Of a DNA stretch of 64,000 bases, positions 62,674-64,000 are shown piece after piece (the stretch's first letter is position 1; each line of letters begins with the position of its first letter). The notes under the pieces were generated by a model. That model searched no databases, was not told the DNA's origin, and was given only the letters and a program-made list of their open reading frames with translations. Source of the DNA: the human T2T-CHM13v2.0 reference genome, Homo sapiens. Made by a program: the position numbers and the translations under genes. The stretch lies in assembly GCF_009914755.1 (NCBI RefSeq), contig NC_060936.1; one strand, 5' to 3'.

Positions 62674-64000
62674 CACATACACATATACATATATATATAT
62701 ATATATCTCACCAACATCAGGGCACATAAATATATAAAGCAAACACTGGTAGATCTGAAGAGAGAAATAGACAGCAATACAATAATTGTATATAAGACTT
62801 CAATATGCCACTTTCAACAACAGATGCATCATCCAGACAGAAAATCAATAGGGAAACATTGGACTTCAACTACACTTTAGGCCAAATGGAGCTGACATAT
62901 ACATAAGAACATTCTATCCAACGGCAACAGAATACACATTATTTTCAAGTGCACATGAAATATTTTCCAGAATAGGTCATATATTAGGCCAAAAAATAAG
63001 TGGTAACAAATTTAAGAACATTGAAATCATATCAATCATATCAAGTATCTTTTCTGACCACATAGATATGAAACTAGAAATCAATAACAGGAGAAAATTT
63101 GGAAAAATTACAAATATGTGGAAACTAAGCAACACACTCCTGAACAACAAATGGGTCAAAAAAGAAATAAAAAAGAGAAACAAAAAAAAATATTGAAACA
63201 AAGGAAAATGTAAATGCAACCTACCAAAATGTATGGGAGGTAGCAAAACAGTTCTAAGAGGAAAGTTTATAGTGATAAACTTCTCCCTTAAGAAAAAAAA
63301 AAAAAATCTCAAATAAAAAGACTTTACTTCTCAAGGACCCAGAAAAAGAAGAGCAAACTAAGATCAAAGTTAGCAGAAAGAAGCAAATAAAGCAGAAAAA
63401 AAAATAAAATACAAACTAGAAACACAACAGAAAAAAATCAGTGAAAGTAAGAGTTAACAACTGATAGAAAAGATAAAATTGACACACCTTTAGCCAAATT
63501 AAGAAAAAGAAGAGAAAAATCAAATACATAGAATTGCAAGTAAAACAGAAGACATTACAATTGATACCACAGAAATAAAAAGATTCATAAGAGACTACTA
63601 CGAACAATTAAATGCCAACAAGGTGGATAAGTAGAAGAAATGGACAAAATTCTAGACACAAAGAACCTACCAAGACTGAAATCTGAAGAAGTGGAAAATG
63701 TGAATAAACCAATAATGAGTAAAGAGATTCAATCAGTAATCAAACATCTCCCAACAAAGAAAAACCTAGGACCAAATAAGTTCACTACTGACTTCTACCA
63801 AACATTTTTTTAAAAAATTAATGCCAATCCCTCTCAAACTCTTCTAAAATACTGAAGAGGAAGGAATACTTCCAAACTCATTTTATGAGGCCAGCATTAC
63901 CCTGATACCAAAGCCAGATAAGTAGACTAGAAAAGAAAATTAGGGCCTAATATCCTTGATGAATACAGATGCAAAAATCCTCACTAAATACTAGCAAACT
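59982..64000 (+). mobile_element. Old L1M with intact 5' end (5'UTR, decayed ORF1 ~60880-61820, spacer, decayed ORF2 from ~62306); runs off the window
   Basis: Start gggagtgacatcagcaagatg; ORF1-like MSEIKNSIESFNSRL; endonuclease-region and RT-proximal sequence (ttttatgaggccagcattaccctgataccaaagcc). Confidence 0.92.
62633..62706. repeat. Compound (TG)n(TA)n microsatellite
   Basis: About 13 TG units followed by TA/CA units. Confidence 0.95.

Overview
Primate (most likely human or great ape; AluY and L1PA3/4-type elements are present), AT-rich, repeat-dense non-coding DNA. I cannot support any cellular protein-coding gene. The long ORFs in the track are L1 ORF2 remnants, or fragments of Alu, LTR and CR1/L3 elements. 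The window holds L1s of many ages, six Alus, MaLR/ERVL LTRs (including a THE1-type provirus), Tigger and hAT DNA transposons, MIR/L2/L3 and microsatellites. Repeat names are by-eye recognition and coordinates for old repeats are approximate. Most notable: (1) a 153-bp perfectly identical tract shared by two otherwise diverged L1PA copies 45.8 kb apart, suggesting ectopic gene conversion; (2) a 5'-inverted L1 carrying about 245 bp of apparent 3'-transduced unique DNA with its own AATAAA and poly(A); (3) three twin-primed L1s; (4) two short locally dispersed duplications and two perfect hairpins with template-switch signatures; (5) a chain of strong minus-strand splice signals ending in an AATAAA exon, compatible with a roughly 54-kb spliced lncRNA (inference only). 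I see no evidence for a wholly new biological system.
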